Shown: positions 39,129-49,201 of the stretch, piece by piece
How positions within the stretch are numbered: position 1 is the stretch's first letter
How the letters are laid out: every line of letters begins with the position of its first letter
Assembly: GCA_902512305.1 (NCBI GenBank)
Contig: CABXIU010000003.1
Span: 60,364 to 124,363 of the forward strand
Direction of reading: 5' to 3'
DNA length: 64,000 nt
DNA from: an uncultured Gammaproteobacteria bacterium
GTDB taxonomy: Bacteria > Pseudomonadota > Gammaproteobacteria > PS1 > Pseudothioglobaceae
Notes under the pieces: generated by a model
Database searches by the model: none
Told to the model about the DNA's origin: nothing
Seen by the model: only the letters and a program-made list of their open reading frames with translations
Translations under genes and position numbers: made by a program

Positions 39129-40922
39129 ATGCAAAACCAAAATCTTAAATTAAAATTAAAAAATTTATCAAGAGAATCTGGCATTTACAAAATGCTTGAT
39201 AAATCTGGAAATATCATTTATGTTGGAAAGGCAAAAAATTTAAAAAACCGAGTTTCAAATTATTTCAATAAATCAAATCAAGATGAAAAAACTCAGTTAC
39301 TACACAGAAATATTTATGATTTTTCGATAACAATAACCAAAACTGAAACCCAGGCATTGCTTCTTGAAAATGATCTCATTAAGGAGTATAAGCCAAAATA
39401 CAACATACTACTGAAAGACTCAAAGAGTTATCCTTATATCTATATCAGTAATGATATTCATCCAAGGATTGGTATGTATAGAGGAAAGAAAAACAAAAAA
39501 TATAATTACTTTGGCCCTTATCCATCCAAATATGCCGCAAGTGATGCTCTTGCTCTTTTAAAAAAGATTTTCAAGGTTCGACAATGCAGTAATAGCTTTT
39601 ATAGGGCTCGCTCACGCCCTTGTTTAGAGTATCAAATTGGACTGTGCAGCGCACCTTGTGTTGGAAAAATATCTGATAAAAGATATGAACAAGATGTTGA
39701 ATTAGTCAATCTTTTTTTAAATGGCAAATCAACTAAGCTTCTCAATGAAGTTTCAAAAAAAATGAAAAATGCTTCAAACAATCTTGATTATGAAGCAGCA
39801 GCTTCGTATAGAGATCAGCTCATTAACTTAAGAAAAATCCAAGAAAGGCATAGCTCTCAGTTTTCATCGGATATGGATGTATTAAGTATTGTAAAAGATG
39901 CAGATGTCCACTGCATTGAAATTGTATTCGTTAGATCTGGAAAGCAGATTGGAAGTGAAACTTTTTTTCCAAAAAATGCAAAAAATGATTCTTGTGAATC
40001 AGTTTTGAGTGCATTTCTACCTTTATATTATTTAGGTAAGAATACACCTAAAGAAATTGTCATTAGTCACAAGTTAAAGGATAAACTCTTGATAGAATCT
40101 GCTCTTTCTACAAAACTAATTCATCTACCAAGGGTTAACAAAAAACATTTTCTTGAATTGGCCACGTTAAATGCAAAGGAGAATTTAAAGCAACGCTTAC
40201 TTCTTAAATATACTAAGAAGAAACAGCTTAAAGCGATTCAAACAATACTAGCTTTGAAAAAATTACCTGAAGTTATGGAATGTTTTGATATAAGTCATAC
40301 GATGGGTGAAGCAACAACAGCTTCATGCGTTGTGTTTAAAAATGGCGCTCCTAAAGTGAGTGAATATAGGCAATTTAATATTAAAGATGTTACACCTGGA
40401 GATGACTATGCAGCAATCAATCAGGCTGTCTTTAGAAGGTATTCAAGGCTTCAAGAGGCAAATAAAGAGATGCCAGATATTGTCTTTATTGATGGCGGGC
40501 TCGGGCAATTAAATCAAGCCATCATGGTTATGAACTTAATTGGAATTGATAATGTGCTTCTTGTTGGAATTGCAAAAGGAGAAGGTAGAAAATCTGGACT
40601 TGAAACATTGATTACTGTTAAGAATGAAAACGTCAATAAAATCAATCTTTCACCGTTTGATCCTGCTCTTCTTTTAATCAATCATATTAGAGATGAATCT
40701 CATCGTTTTGCCATTAAAAATCACCGAAAAAAAAGAGCAAAGAAAAGGACTCAATCATCTCTAGAATCTATTAAAGGGGTTGGCGTTAGAAAAAGACGCG
40801 CACTATTAAATTATTTTGGTGGCATTCAAGAAATTGAAAGTGCAAGCATTGATGAACTTCAAAAAGTAGTCGGCATTAATCTTAAGTTAGCGACTAAAAT
40901 ACGAGAATCCTTAAAGAAATAA
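39129..40922 (+). CDS. uvrC: Excinuclease ABC subunit C
   Basis: GIY-YIG (GIYKM..YVGKAKNLK), ECFDISH, IDGG.GQ, IRDESHRFA, HhH. Confidence 0.97.
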   Translation: MQNQNLKLKLKNLSRESGIYKMLDKSGNIIYVGKAKNLKNRVSNYFNKSNQDEKTQLLHRNIYDFSITITKTETQALLLENDLIKEYKPKYNILLKDSKSYPYIYISNDIHPRIGMYRGKKNKKYNYFGPYPSKYAASDALALLKKIFKVRQCSNSFYRARSRPCLEYQIGLCSAPCVGKISDKRYEQDVELVNLFLNGKSTKLLNEVSKKMKNASNNLDYEAAASYRDQLINLRKIQERHSSQFSSDMDVLSIVKDADVHCIEIVFVRSGKQIGSETFFPKNAKNDSCESVLSAFLPLYYLGKNTPKEIVISHKLKDKLLIESALSTKLIHLPRVNKKHFLELATLNAKENLKQRLLLKYTKKKQLKAIQTILALKKLPEVMECFDISHTMGEATTASCVVFKNGAPKVSEYRQFNIKDVTPGDDYAAINQAVFRRYSRLQEANKEMPDIVFIDGGLGQLNQAIMVMNLIGIDNVLLVGIAKGEGRKSGLETLITVKNENVNKINLSPFDPALLLINHIRDESHRFAIKNHRKKRAKKRTQSSLESIKGVGVRKRRALLNYFGGIQEIESASIDELQKVVGINLKLATKIRESLKK

Positions 40923-40931
40923 ATTAAATCT

Positions 40932-41111
40932 ATGTTTATATTAAGACTTCTAATAGCCGCGCTCATAGTTAGTTACATAATATGGCTCTTCAATACACGT
41001 ATTATGGGAAAAAATATTGCCTTATCTAAAATTGCAACATGGGTTTTAAGTGCAACTTTTTTGATCTTTATTATTCTTTCTGGATTGTCTTATTTAATAG
41101 AAGGGTCCTAA
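40932..41111 (+). CDS. 59-aa two-TM small membrane protein (not in ORF track)
   Basis: Hand translation MFILRLLIAALIVSYIIWLFNTRIMGKNIALSKIATWVLSATFLIFIILSGLSYLIEGS; begins 9 nt after the uvrC stop and fills the gap. Confidence 0.7.
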   Translation: MFILRLLIAALIVSYIIWLFNTRIMGKNIALSKIATWVLSATFLIFIILSGLSYLIEGS

Positions 41112-41653
41112 GGCTTACTTGATAGGATATAAGTTTTTAGATGCTTTGTGCTGGATATTATTCGGCTCGTGGCATTGACTATAATTGATAATCTAGACAC
41201 TTCCCAAACTGGAATATCTCTCATATGGTCTCCCATGTAATCGAAGTTTTTTTCTCCAAAACGATTAACTAATGTATCTGCTTTATTTTGGCTTGATAGA
41301 TTAAAGTCTTTATTGGTTGCCATAACATCATCAAAAATCTTTAGATGTTTCGCGACAGCGAATGCATAGTTTTTATGAGATGCCGTTGCTAAAACAATTT
41401 TGCATCCTTGTTTTTTGCGCTCCATAATATAGCTTATAACATTTTCGTTAAATGGCAAATCTGGAATATTAATCTCAAATCTTCTAACGAGTTGGTCTTT
41501 AAGAAACCCTTTTCCTTTTGAGAGCCAGAAAAAATAATGGCCTAAGAGCCATGGTCTTTTTGATAACACACCGAGCGATGATAATAATAACAAATCAGTA
41601 TCAATGAGCGTGTGATCGAGATCAACAATCAAGGGTACATTGCTACTTTCCAC
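41108..41653 (-). CDS. HAD-superfamily hydrolase resembling the N-terminal domain of HAD-UbiA fusions
   Basis: VDLDHTLIDTD, LATAS, K, YMGD...D. Confidence 0.8.
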   Translation of the reverse strand: MESSNVPLIVDLDHTLIDTDLLLLSSLGVLSKRPWLLGHYFFWLSKGKGFLKDQLVRRFEINIPDLPFNENVISYIMERKKQGCKIVLATASHKNYAFAVAKHLKIFDDVMATNKDFNLSSQNKADTLVNRFGEKNFDYMGDHMRDIPVWEVSRLSIIVNATSRIISSTKHLKTYILSSKP

Positions 41654-43496
41654 TATCTAATTCACTCCACTTGTCATATAGTAGCTCTAATTCTTTTTCT
41701 ATAGAGCTTAATTGTATTGTCAGATTCTTTGCATCTGGATTTTGATAGAAGCCAGGATCTGAAAGCAACTTTTGAGCGATTGAAATCTCATACTCTAAGT
41801 CTTCTATCTTTTTAGGTAAAGATTTTAATAGTTGTTGATCATTGTATGAAAGCTTTTGTGAAGATTTTTTTGGTTTAGATTTAGCATCTAAAGTACTAGT
41901 GGACTTAGATTTATTTATTCTATTTTTTTGCAGAATATAATCATCATATCCGCCATTATATTGTTCAATAATTGCACTACCTTCCATGACGATTGTTGAG
42001 CTTACGATATTGTTTAGAAAGGTTCTGTCATGAGATATTAAGATTAATGTTCCAGCGTAATCGACTAACATCTCTTCAAGCAATTCAAGGGTTTCAACAT
42101 CTAAATCATTTGTAGGCTCATCAAGAACCAATAGGTTCGCTGGCTGGGATAATATCTTTGCAAGCATTAAGCGATTTTTTTCGCCACCTGAAAACATTTT
42201 GATAGGTGCCATTGCTTGTTTTCCAGTAAACAGAAATTGTCTTAAATACCCTATAACATGTTTACTTTTTCCATTAATATCAATATAGTCTTTACCACCA
42301 GATACAAAGTCCATAGCTTTTAAATTAGGATCGAGAGACTCTCTCATTTGATCAAAGTAGGCCAGTTGAATGGTTTTCGAGCGTCTAATGTTGCCTTTAT
42401 TAGGTTTTAACTCATCCAACAAGAGCTTGATTAATGTTGATTTACCAGAGCCATTACCGCCAATGATTCCAATTTTTTCACCTTTTAATACAAGCAGTGA
42501 AAATTGCTTAACAAGTTCAAGTTCATTGATTGAGTAACTAATATTTTTAACCTCAAATACAATTTTAGAGACTCGTTTTTCATCTTCTAAAGAATGAATT
42601 TTTACACTTCCTTGTCGCTTGCGTTGATTGATAAATTTTTTACGCATTGCTTCAAGTGCTCTAACTCTACCCTCGTTGCGAGTTCTTCTTGCTTTAATCC
42701 CTTGACGAATCCAAGCTTCCTCCTGGGCAAGTTTTTTATTAAATCTTGCATTTTCAAGCTCTTCACTATTAAGCAGGTTTTCTTTTCTTTTGAGGTAGGC
42801 CTTGTAACCGCAATCAAACATAGATAGTTTGCCCCTATCAAGGTCAAATATTTTATTAACGATACCGTTTATAAATGAGCGATCATGGCTAATCAGTAAT
42901 AGCGTGCCATGAAAATCCTTGAGTATTTTTTCTAAATCAAGGATTGCTGTAATATCCATATGGTTGGTTGGCTCATCTAATAGGAGAATGTCTGGTTCTT
43001 GAATGATTGCTTTTGCGAGCATTACTCTTCTTTTCCAGCCACCTGAAAGAGTTGAGAGCTGTGCATCAGGTTTGAGTTTAAATCGATTTAAAATAGTTTC
43101 GATTTTGTGCATGTAATGCCATAAATCTTTATTTTCAATCTGCTCTTGTAGTTGCGAACTTTTTAAAATATTTCCATCTTTTAGAGAGTCATGATATTTT
43201 GCGATAAGTTCGCCAGCTTCTCCTAGTCCATGAGCAACAATATTAAAAAGAGTACCATCATTACCTTCTGGGGGTTGTTGCTCTAAATAGCTAATTGTTG
43301 TGCTATTTTGTACTTTTAAATCCCCATCATCAGCGGTGATTAGATTTGCTAACAGTTTTAAAAAAGTAGATTTACCTTCACCATTTCGCCCAATAAGCCC
43401 TATTTTATCTCCCTTATGAATAGTGGCATTAATCTGATCAAGAATTACTTTTTCAGAGAATCTCAGAGAAATATTGTCTAAGGTTATAAGTGGCAT
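41643..43496 (-). CDS. uup: ABC-F ATPase Uup
   Basis: Two ABC domains, EEAWIRQGIKARRTRNEGRVRAL, C-terminal coiled coil. Confidence 0.93.
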   Translation of the reverse strand: MPLITLDNISLRFSEKVILDQINATIHKGDKIGLIGRNGEGKSTFLKLLANLITADDGDLKVQNSTTISYLEQQPPEGNDGTLFNIVAHGLGEAGELIAKYHDSLKDGNILKSSQLQEQIENKDLWHYMHKIETILNRFKLKPDAQLSTLSGGWKRRVMLAKAIIQEPDILLLDEPTNHMDITAILDLEKILKDFHGTLLLISHDRSFINGIVNKIFDLDRGKLSMFDCGYKAYLKRKENLLNSEELENARFNKKLAQEEAWIRQGIKARRTRNEGRVRALEAMRKKFINQRKRQGSVKIHSLEDEKRVSKIVFEVKNISYSINELELVKQFSLLVLKGEKIGIIGGNGSGKSTLIKLLLDELKPNKGNIRRSKTIQLAYFDQMRESLDPNLKAMDFVSGGKDYIDINGKSKHVIGYLRQFLFTGKQAMAPIKMFSGGEKNRLMLAKILSQPANLLVLDEPTNDLDVETLELLEEMLVDYAGTLILISHDRTFLNNIVSSTIVMEGSAIIEQYNGGYDDYILQKNRINKSKSTSTLDAKSKPKKSSQKLSYNDQQLLKSLPKKIEDLEYEISIAQKLLSDPGFYQNPDAKNLTIQLSSIEKELELLYDKWSELDSGK

Positions 43497-43532
43497 AAGT
43501 TAAAATTGTAACTTTAAATAACAGCTTTACTA

Positions 43533-43976
43533 ATGCGTTATTTTATTCATTTTGTAATTGGACTTTTGCTTATTCAGGCACCTTTTGCTGAAAGTATCGA
43601 AGCGAATGACTTTAAAACTATTGAACAACAAAGTCGATATACTCAATTAATAGAAAATATTCGATGTCCAGTGTGTCAAGGTCAGAGTATTTCAGGCTCT
43701 AACTCAGAGCTTGCAAAAGATCTTCGAGAGAAGGTGCGTGAAATGATTTTGGATAGTCGCTCAGATGCTTACATATATTCATTCATGGTGGAACGTTATG
43801 GTGATTTTGTAGTCTATAAACCACCAGTAAATACCAAAACCTTTCTTTTATGGTTTGCACCTCTAGTGGTTATGATTATCTCTTTGTTATTTTTGTTTCG
43901 ATCAACAAGGCAAAATAAAGAAAAAACAGTCAGCATATCTAGTGATCTTGAAAAAGCTAAGAAATTATTAAAGTAG
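43533..43976 (+). CDS. ccmH: Cytochrome c-type biogenesis protein CcmH/CcmL
   Basis: IRCPVCQGQSI..SNS.LA.DLR, ERYGDFV.Y.PP, LLWFAP. Confidence 0.92.
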   Translation: MRYFIHFVIGLLLIQAPFAESIEANDFKTIEQQSRYTQLIENIRCPVCQGQSISGSNSELAKDLREKVREMILDSRSDAYIYSFMVERYGDFVVYKPPVNTKTFLLWFAPLVVMIISLLFLFRSTRQNKEKTVSISSDLEKAKKLLK

Positions 43977-43995
43977 TAAATTTAATTTTATATTT

Positions 43996-44655
43996 ATGAA
44001 TGAAAATGAAATCAGTGATTTGATGGTAGAGGCTTATACTCACCAAAAAAATGGCAAACTATCTCTAGCTATTCAATCTTGGAATGCTCTTTTAAATCAT
44101 AGCTCAATAACTCAAGATCTAGCTGTAAATTCACAATTAAATCTTGGTAACTTGCATTTGCAGCAAGGTAATAGTGATCTTGCTTATGAATGCATGGTGA
44201 AAGCAATTAAGGCAAATCCAAATAGCTCAGAAGCATTTTTCTGTTTAGCGTATATGGAACAGGAAAAGGAAAACTTTAATGAGGCAATCGAATTTTTTAA
44301 ATCTGCATTACAAATTAAGCCAGATGATTTAGGTGCACTAAACAATCTAGGAAATTGTTATGATCGCCTTAACAAAAGTAAAGACTCAATCAAAACATAT
44401 TCTAAAGCTATTTCAATAGATTCAGAATATATTGCAGCTTATTATAATCGAGGTAATGCATACTCTAAAATAGCAGATGATAAATTGGCTTTAAAGGATT
44501 TAACTCACGCAATTGATTTAGATAATAATTTTTATCAGGCATACTATAATCGTGGGTCAGTATACAAAAGAATTGGAAAAGAGGATTTGGCTGAAAAAGA
44601 TTTTGCTAAAGCGCAGAAGTTAGCCAGACAAGAAATTGAACAATCAAAAACATAA
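43996..44655 (+). CDS. Tetratricopeptide repeat protein
   Basis: Repeated AYYNRG/NNLG..Y and A..D...AI.LD motifs. Confidence 0.88.
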   Translation: MNENEISDLMVEAYTHQKNGKLSLAIQSWNALLNHSSITQDLAVNSQLNLGNLHLQQGNSDLAYECMVKAIKANPNSSEAFFCLAYMEQEKENFNEAIEFFKSALQIKPDDLGALNNLGNCYDRLNKSKDSIKTYSKAISIDSEYIAAYYNRGNAYSKIADDKLALKDLTHAIDLDNNFYQAYYNRGSVYKRIGKEDLAEKDFAKAQKLARQEIEQSKT

Positions 44656-44665
44656 CAGGATAATT

Positions 44666-46159
44666 GTGAGTGATCTAGACGAAAACAAATTGATAGCAGA
44701 GAGAAAATCCAAATTAGAATTGCTTAGAAAATCTGGAAATCCCTATGTTAATGACTTTAAACCACTGAATTTAGCATCTGATATTCATGAAAAGTTTGAT
44801 AGTAAATCTAATGAAGAATTGCAGGGTGGTAGTAATTCGGTAACTGTCTCTGGCCGTATTATGCTTAAAAGGATTATGGGCAAAGCAAGCTTTGTCCAGC
44901 TACAAGATACTTCTGGACAGATACAATTGTTTGTTACTAGAGATGAGCTTGAAGATGATTTTTATAATGAACAGTTTAAAAAATGGGATATTGGGGATAT
45001 TGTTGGAGCCTCAGGCATTCTCTTTAAAACGCAAACAGGAGAACTCTCTGTCAGAGTCAATGATATTAGACTTCTAACTAAATCTTTAAGGCCGTTACCA
45101 GAAAAATTTCATGGCTTATCAGATCAAGAAACAATTTATCGTCAAAGGTATGTTGATTTAATTATGAATGAAGAATCTAGACGAGTTTTTAAGATGAGGT
45201 CTCAGATTATTGCTTACATTAGGCAGTTTTTTATTAACCATGATTATCTTGAGGTCGAAACTCCTATGATGCAAGTCATTCCTGGAGGGGCTGCTGCTAA
45301 ACCTTTCATAACCCATCATAACGCTCTAGATATGGATCTTTATTTAAGAATTGCGCCCGAACTCTACCTTAAAAGATTGGTTGTTGGTGGCTTAGATAGA
45401 GTTTTTGAAATTAATCGAAACTTTAGGAATGAAGGGTTATCTCCAAGACATAACCCTGAATTTACTATGGCTGAGTTTTATCAGGCTTATGCTACCTATC
45501 ATGATTATATGGACCTCACTGAAAACCTATTAAGGGGGATCGCTGTTGATGTCTGCCAATCAAAAGTGATTAATTATCAAGGGGATGAATTTGATTTTTC
45601 AAAACCTTTTGAGCGATTGAGTGTTTTTGATTCAATTTTGAAATATAATCCTAAACTTTCAGCTTCAGACTTATCAGAAGATAACGCTAAAAAAACTGCT
45701 AAATCTTTAGGTATTCATATTAAAGATAGTTGGGGCCTCGGTAAGATTCAAATTGAAATCTTTGAGGAAACGGTTGAAGAAAAACTAGTTCAGCCGACAT
45801 TTGTAACTGAGTATCCAACTGAAGTATCTCCGTTATCTCGAAGAAATGATAAAAACCCTTTTATAACTGATCGTTTTGAGTTATTCATTGGCGGTCGTGA
45901 AATTGCTAATGGTTTTTCAGAGCTCAATGATTCCGAGGACCAGGCACAAAGGTTCCGCGATCAGGTGAGTCAGAAGGATGCTGGGGATGATGAAGCAATG
46001 CATTATGATGCAGACTATATAAGGGCATTAGAATATGGTATGCCTCCAACAGCAGGAGAGGGTATCGGAATTGATCGTCTTGTTATGTTGTTTACAAACT
46101 CAGCATCTATAAGGGATGTTCTTCTGTTCCCTCATATGAGGCCTGAATATGAAAAATGA
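44666..46159 (+). CDS. lysS: Lysine--tRNA ligase
   Basis: [45 protein letters not shown]; probable start GTG 44666 after AGGA. Confidence 0.98.
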   Translation: MSDLDENKLIAERKSKLELLRKSGNPYVNDFKPLNLASDIHEKFDSKSNEELQGGSNSVTVSGRIMLKRIMGKASFVQLQDTSGQIQLFVTRDELEDDFYNEQFKKWDIGDIVGASGILFKTQTGELSVRVNDIRLLTKSLRPLPEKFHGLSDQETIYRQRYVDLIMNEESRRVFKMRSQIIAYIRQFFINHDYLEVETPMMQVIPGGAAAKPFITHHNALDMDLYLRIAPELYLKRLVVGGLDRVFEINRNFRNEGLSPRHNPEFTMAEFYQAYATYHDYMDLTENLLRGIAVDVCQSKVINYQGDEFDFSKPFERLSVFDSILKYNPKLSASDLSEDNAKKTAKSLGIHIKDSWGLGKIQIEIFEETVEEKLVQPTFVTEYPTEVSPLSRRNDKNPFITDRFELFIGGREIANGFSELNDSEDQAQRFRDQVSQKDAGDDEAMHYDADYIRALEYGMPPTAGEGIGIDRLVMLFTNSASIRDVLLFPHMRPEYEK

Positions 46160-46187
46160 CATAAAAAAGGACTATTAGTAATTTAAT

Positions 46188-46853
46188 ATGATTCCAGTTT
46201 TAACTATCGATGGACCTAGCGGTGTTGGAAAAGGAACGGTTGCTAATATTGTTGCAAATCAACTTAAATGGCACTTATTGGATTCTGGTGCAATTTACCG
46301 TGCTTTTGCTTTAGCTGCATCAAAGCGAAATATCCATCTTGATAACACTAAAGAATTATTAGACTTAGCCTCTAACCTTAATCTTAGGTTTGAATCTGAT
46401 CCCGCTAATAATGGCCTAGATGTGTACCTTGATAATACTGAAGTTTCTAGTGAACTTCGAACAGAGAAAACTGCAGAACTTGCCTCAAATTTTGCAATGA
46501 TTGGCGCTCTTAGAGAGTCGTTACTAATAAGACAACAGCAGTTTAGGAAACTACCAGGTCTTGTTGCAGATGGACGAGATATGGGCACAGTCGTATTTAA
46601 AGACGCCCCTTATAAAGTGTTTTTAACTGCAAATGCTGAAGAAAGGGCCAAAAGGCGACTAAAACAGTTGCATGAAAGGGGTATTGCTGGTAACATTTCG
46701 CACACTTTAGAAGAGGTTAAGAATAGAGATGAAAGAGACGCAAGTCGTAAACATTCTCCTCTTAGACCATCTGAAGAGGCATTAATCATAGATACATCAG
46801 ATCTAACGGTTAATGAAGTCGTCACCAGAGTGATGGCGCTAGTTAAGGTTTGA
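46188..46853 (+). CDS. cmk: Cytidylate kinase
   Basis: IDGPSGVGKGT, DSGAIYR, ADGRDMGTVVF. Confidence 0.97.
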   Translation: MIPVLTIDGPSGVGKGTVANIVANQLKWHLLDSGAIYRAFALAASKRNIHLDNTKELLDLASNLNLRFESDPANNGLDVYLDNTEVSSELRTEKTAELASNFAMIGALRESLLIRQQQFRKLPGLVADGRDMGTVVFKDAPYKVFLTANAEERAKRRLKQLHERGIAGNISHTLEEVKNRDERDASRKHSPLRPSEEALIIDTSDLTVNEVVTRVMALVKV

Positions 46854-46940
46854 GCGGTCAAGCCTTTTATTTAATTAACCCGATAAGAGTTAAGTTTTAA
46901 CCGAAATAGCTTAACAATTAGCGGTCAACATCGAGATAAT

Positions 46941-48614
46941 ATGTCAGAATCATTTTCCGAGCTATTTGAGAATAGCGAAACACAACAAAACGTAAAACCT
47001 GGTGCCCTAATAATGGGAACTGTAGTCAGTATGAATCGTGAAAAAGCGATTATTAATGTTGGTCTAAAGTCTGAAGGTTTTATTTCATTAAACGAATTTA
47101 AAGATGTCAAAGGCGAACTAGAAATTACTGAAGGTGATGTTGTTGAAGTTGCTCTTGAATCTATTGACGATGGTCTAGGCCATACTCTTCTATCACGCGA
47201 AAAAGCTAAGCGTATCAAAATGTGGCAAGAGCTTGAAGCTGCAATGAACTCTAAAGAAGTTGTTAAAGGAATTGTAACCGGTTCTGTTAAAGGCGGAATG
47301 ACGGTAGATATTGGAGTCATTAAGGCATTCTTACCGGGCTCTCTAGTTGATGTTAGGCCTGTCAAAGATTTTGACTTCTTGTTAGGACAAGAAATTGAAG
47401 CTCTTGTTATCAAGATGGATGAGGTTAGAAACAATATTGTAATTTCTAGAAAAGCTGTAATGCAAGAGGTAAATTCTGCAGACAGAGAAGCTTTGATTGA
47501 AAATCTCGATACGGGTAAAGAAATTGAAGGTATTGTTAAGAACCTTGCTGATTATGGTGCATTTGTCGACCTTGGTGGTGTGGATGGTCTTCTTCATATT
47601 ACTGATATTTCATGGCAGAGAGTTAATCACCCATCAGAGAAGCTTTCTATAGGTGACAAAATTACTGTCAAAGTTCTTAGTTATGACAAAGAGAAAATGA
47701 GAGTCTCATTGGGCCTTAAGCAATTAACACCAAGTCCTTGGGATAATATCTCTGAGCGTCTTCCTTTGGGTAAGAAGGTTTCTGGTGTGGTCTCTAATCT
47801 GACTGACTATGGTGCATTTGTGAGAATCGAAGAGGGTGTCGAAGGATTGGTTCATGTGAGTGAAATGGATTGGACAAATGCAAATGCAAGGCCTTCTAAG
47901 TTTGTGAAACTGGGTCAAGAAGTCGATGTCGTTATTCTTGATGTTCAAGAGTCAAAGCATAGAATATCACTAAGCATGAAACAAGCAAAAGAAAATCCCT
48001 GGGCAGCTTTTGAGTCAGCTCATAACAAAGGTGACACAATCAATGTTATTGTTAAGTCTATTACTGATTTTGGTCTATTTGTTGGACTTACAGGTGGAAT
48101 TGATGGACTGATTCATTTAGCAGATATATCATGGGAAAAACAATCAGCTGATCAAATTGTTTCGAACTACTCTAAAGGACAGGAGCTTGACGTCATTATT
48201 TTAAATATCGATGCTGAGAAAGAAAGAATCTCACTCGGCATTAAGCAATTAACTTCAGATAATTTTGCTCAATATGCTTCTTCAAACTCTAAAGGATCTA
48301 TTGTTAAGGGCACAATTCACGAAGTGGATGCTAGAGGTGCGGTAATTGAATTAGCTGAAGGCGTTACTGGATACCTTAAAGCTTCTGAAATTTCTCAAGA
48401 TAGAGTTGAAGATGCTTCAACTGTATTAAAAAAAGGTGAAGAGGTTGAAGTCGTTATTATATTGATTGACAAGAGATCAAGAAAAGTGAATCTTAGTATG
48501 AAAGCTAAAGACTCGGTTGAAGAGAAAGCGGCTATGGATGACTATAACAGTCAATCCACTGAAACTTCTGGTTCAACTCTTGGTGACCTCCTAAAAGAAG
48601 CAAAAGATAAATAA
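46941..48614 (+). CDS. rpsA: 30S ribosomal protein S1
   Basis: MSESFSELF start; S1 repeats DYGAFVDLGGVDGLLH; cmk-rpsA-ihfB synteny. Confidence 0.98.
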   Translation: MSESFSELFENSETQQNVKPGALIMGTVVSMNREKAIINVGLKSEGFISLNEFKDVKGELEITEGDVVEVALESIDDGLGHTLLSREKAKRIKMWQELEAAMNSKEVVKGIVTGSVKGGMTVDIGVIKAFLPGSLVDVRPVKDFDFLLGQEIEALVIKMDEVRNNIVISRKAVMQEVNSADREALIENLDTGKEIEGIVKNLADYGAFVDLGGVDGLLHITDISWQRVNHPSEKLSIGDKITVKVLSYDKEKMRVSLGLKQLTPSPWDNISERLPLGKKVSGVVSNLTDYGAFVRIEEGVEGLVHVSEMDWTNANARPSKFVKLGQEVDVVILDVQESKHRISLSMKQAKENPWAAFESAHNKGDTINVIVKSITDFGLFVGLTGGIDGLIHLADISWEKQSADQIVSNYSKGQELDVIILNIDAEKERISLGIKQLTSDNFAQYASSNSKGSIVKGTIHEVDARGAVIELAEGVTGYLKASEISQDRVEDASTVLKKGEEVEVVIILIDKRSRKVNLSMKAKDSVEEKAAMDDYNSQSTETSGSTLGDLLKEAKDK

Positions 48615-48657
48615 AAAATATGGGTTCCTATGCCTTGACATAGGAATATCTTTAATT

Positions 48658-48936
48658 ATGAAAAAAATAGACCTTATTGAAACTGTATCAAAAGAAATAA
48701 AAATCAGTCGTTCTGAGGCTAAAAAATCCGTGGAAATTATTTTAGAGGAAATAATTTCAGCGATTGTTTCTGGAAAAGGGGTTGAAGTTCGAGGTTTTGG
48801 TGGTTTTCAAAAAAGACACAGAAAAGGCAGAATAGGTATCAACCCAAAGACGGGTCAAAAGACAGAAGTTGTTGAAAAATTTGTCCCTTTTTTTAAGCCT
48901 GGAAAATTACTAAAAGAGGCTGTAAATAAAGGCTGA
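48658..48936 (+). CDS. ihfB: Integration host factor beta / HU-family protein
   Basis: VEVRGFG.F, NPKTG, FKPGK; follows rpsA. Confidence 0.85.
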   Translation: MKKIDLIETVSKEIKISRSEAKKSVEIILEEIISAIVSGKGVEVRGFGGFQKRHRKGRIGINPKTGQKTEVVEKFVPFFKPGKLLKEAVNKG

Positions 48937-48943
48937 TATTCGA

Positions 48944-48972
48944 TTGATTAATGAACTCTTGTTCAGTATAAT
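48944..48972 (+). promoter_or_regulatory. sigma70 promoter of tRNA-Lys
   Basis: TTGATT (48944-48949), 17 nt, TATAAT (48967-48972). Confidence 0.7.
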
Positions 48973-48988
48973 TTCTCGTTTTTTATAT

Positions 48989-49064
48989 GGGGCGTTAGCT
49001 CAGTTGGTAGAGCATCGGACTTTTAATCCGCTGGTCGAGCGTTCGAATCGCTCACGCCCCACCA
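48989..49064 (+). tRNA. tRNA-Lys (anticodon TTT)
   Basis: 76-nt cloverleaf: acceptor GGGGCGT/ACGCCCC, D arm GCTC/GAGC, loop CTTTTAA, T loop TTCGAAT, encoded CCA. Confidence 0.97.
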
Positions 49065-49072
49065 TATCCTAG

Positions 49073-49101
49073 AAGGCTTTCAGAGATGAAGGCCTTTTTT
49101 T
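49073..49101 (+). terminator. Rho-independent terminator after tRNA-Lys
   Basis: AAGGCTTTCA-GAGA-TGAAGGCCTT followed by a T run. Confidence 0.8.
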
Positions 49102-49201
49102 GTGACATAAATCTTAGCTTTTCGTGCAAATTTCGTGCACTAAATTAAAGATGTATATTGCTTAAGTCCATATTATTAATAGGTCCCGATTAACTAGTGA
49201 T

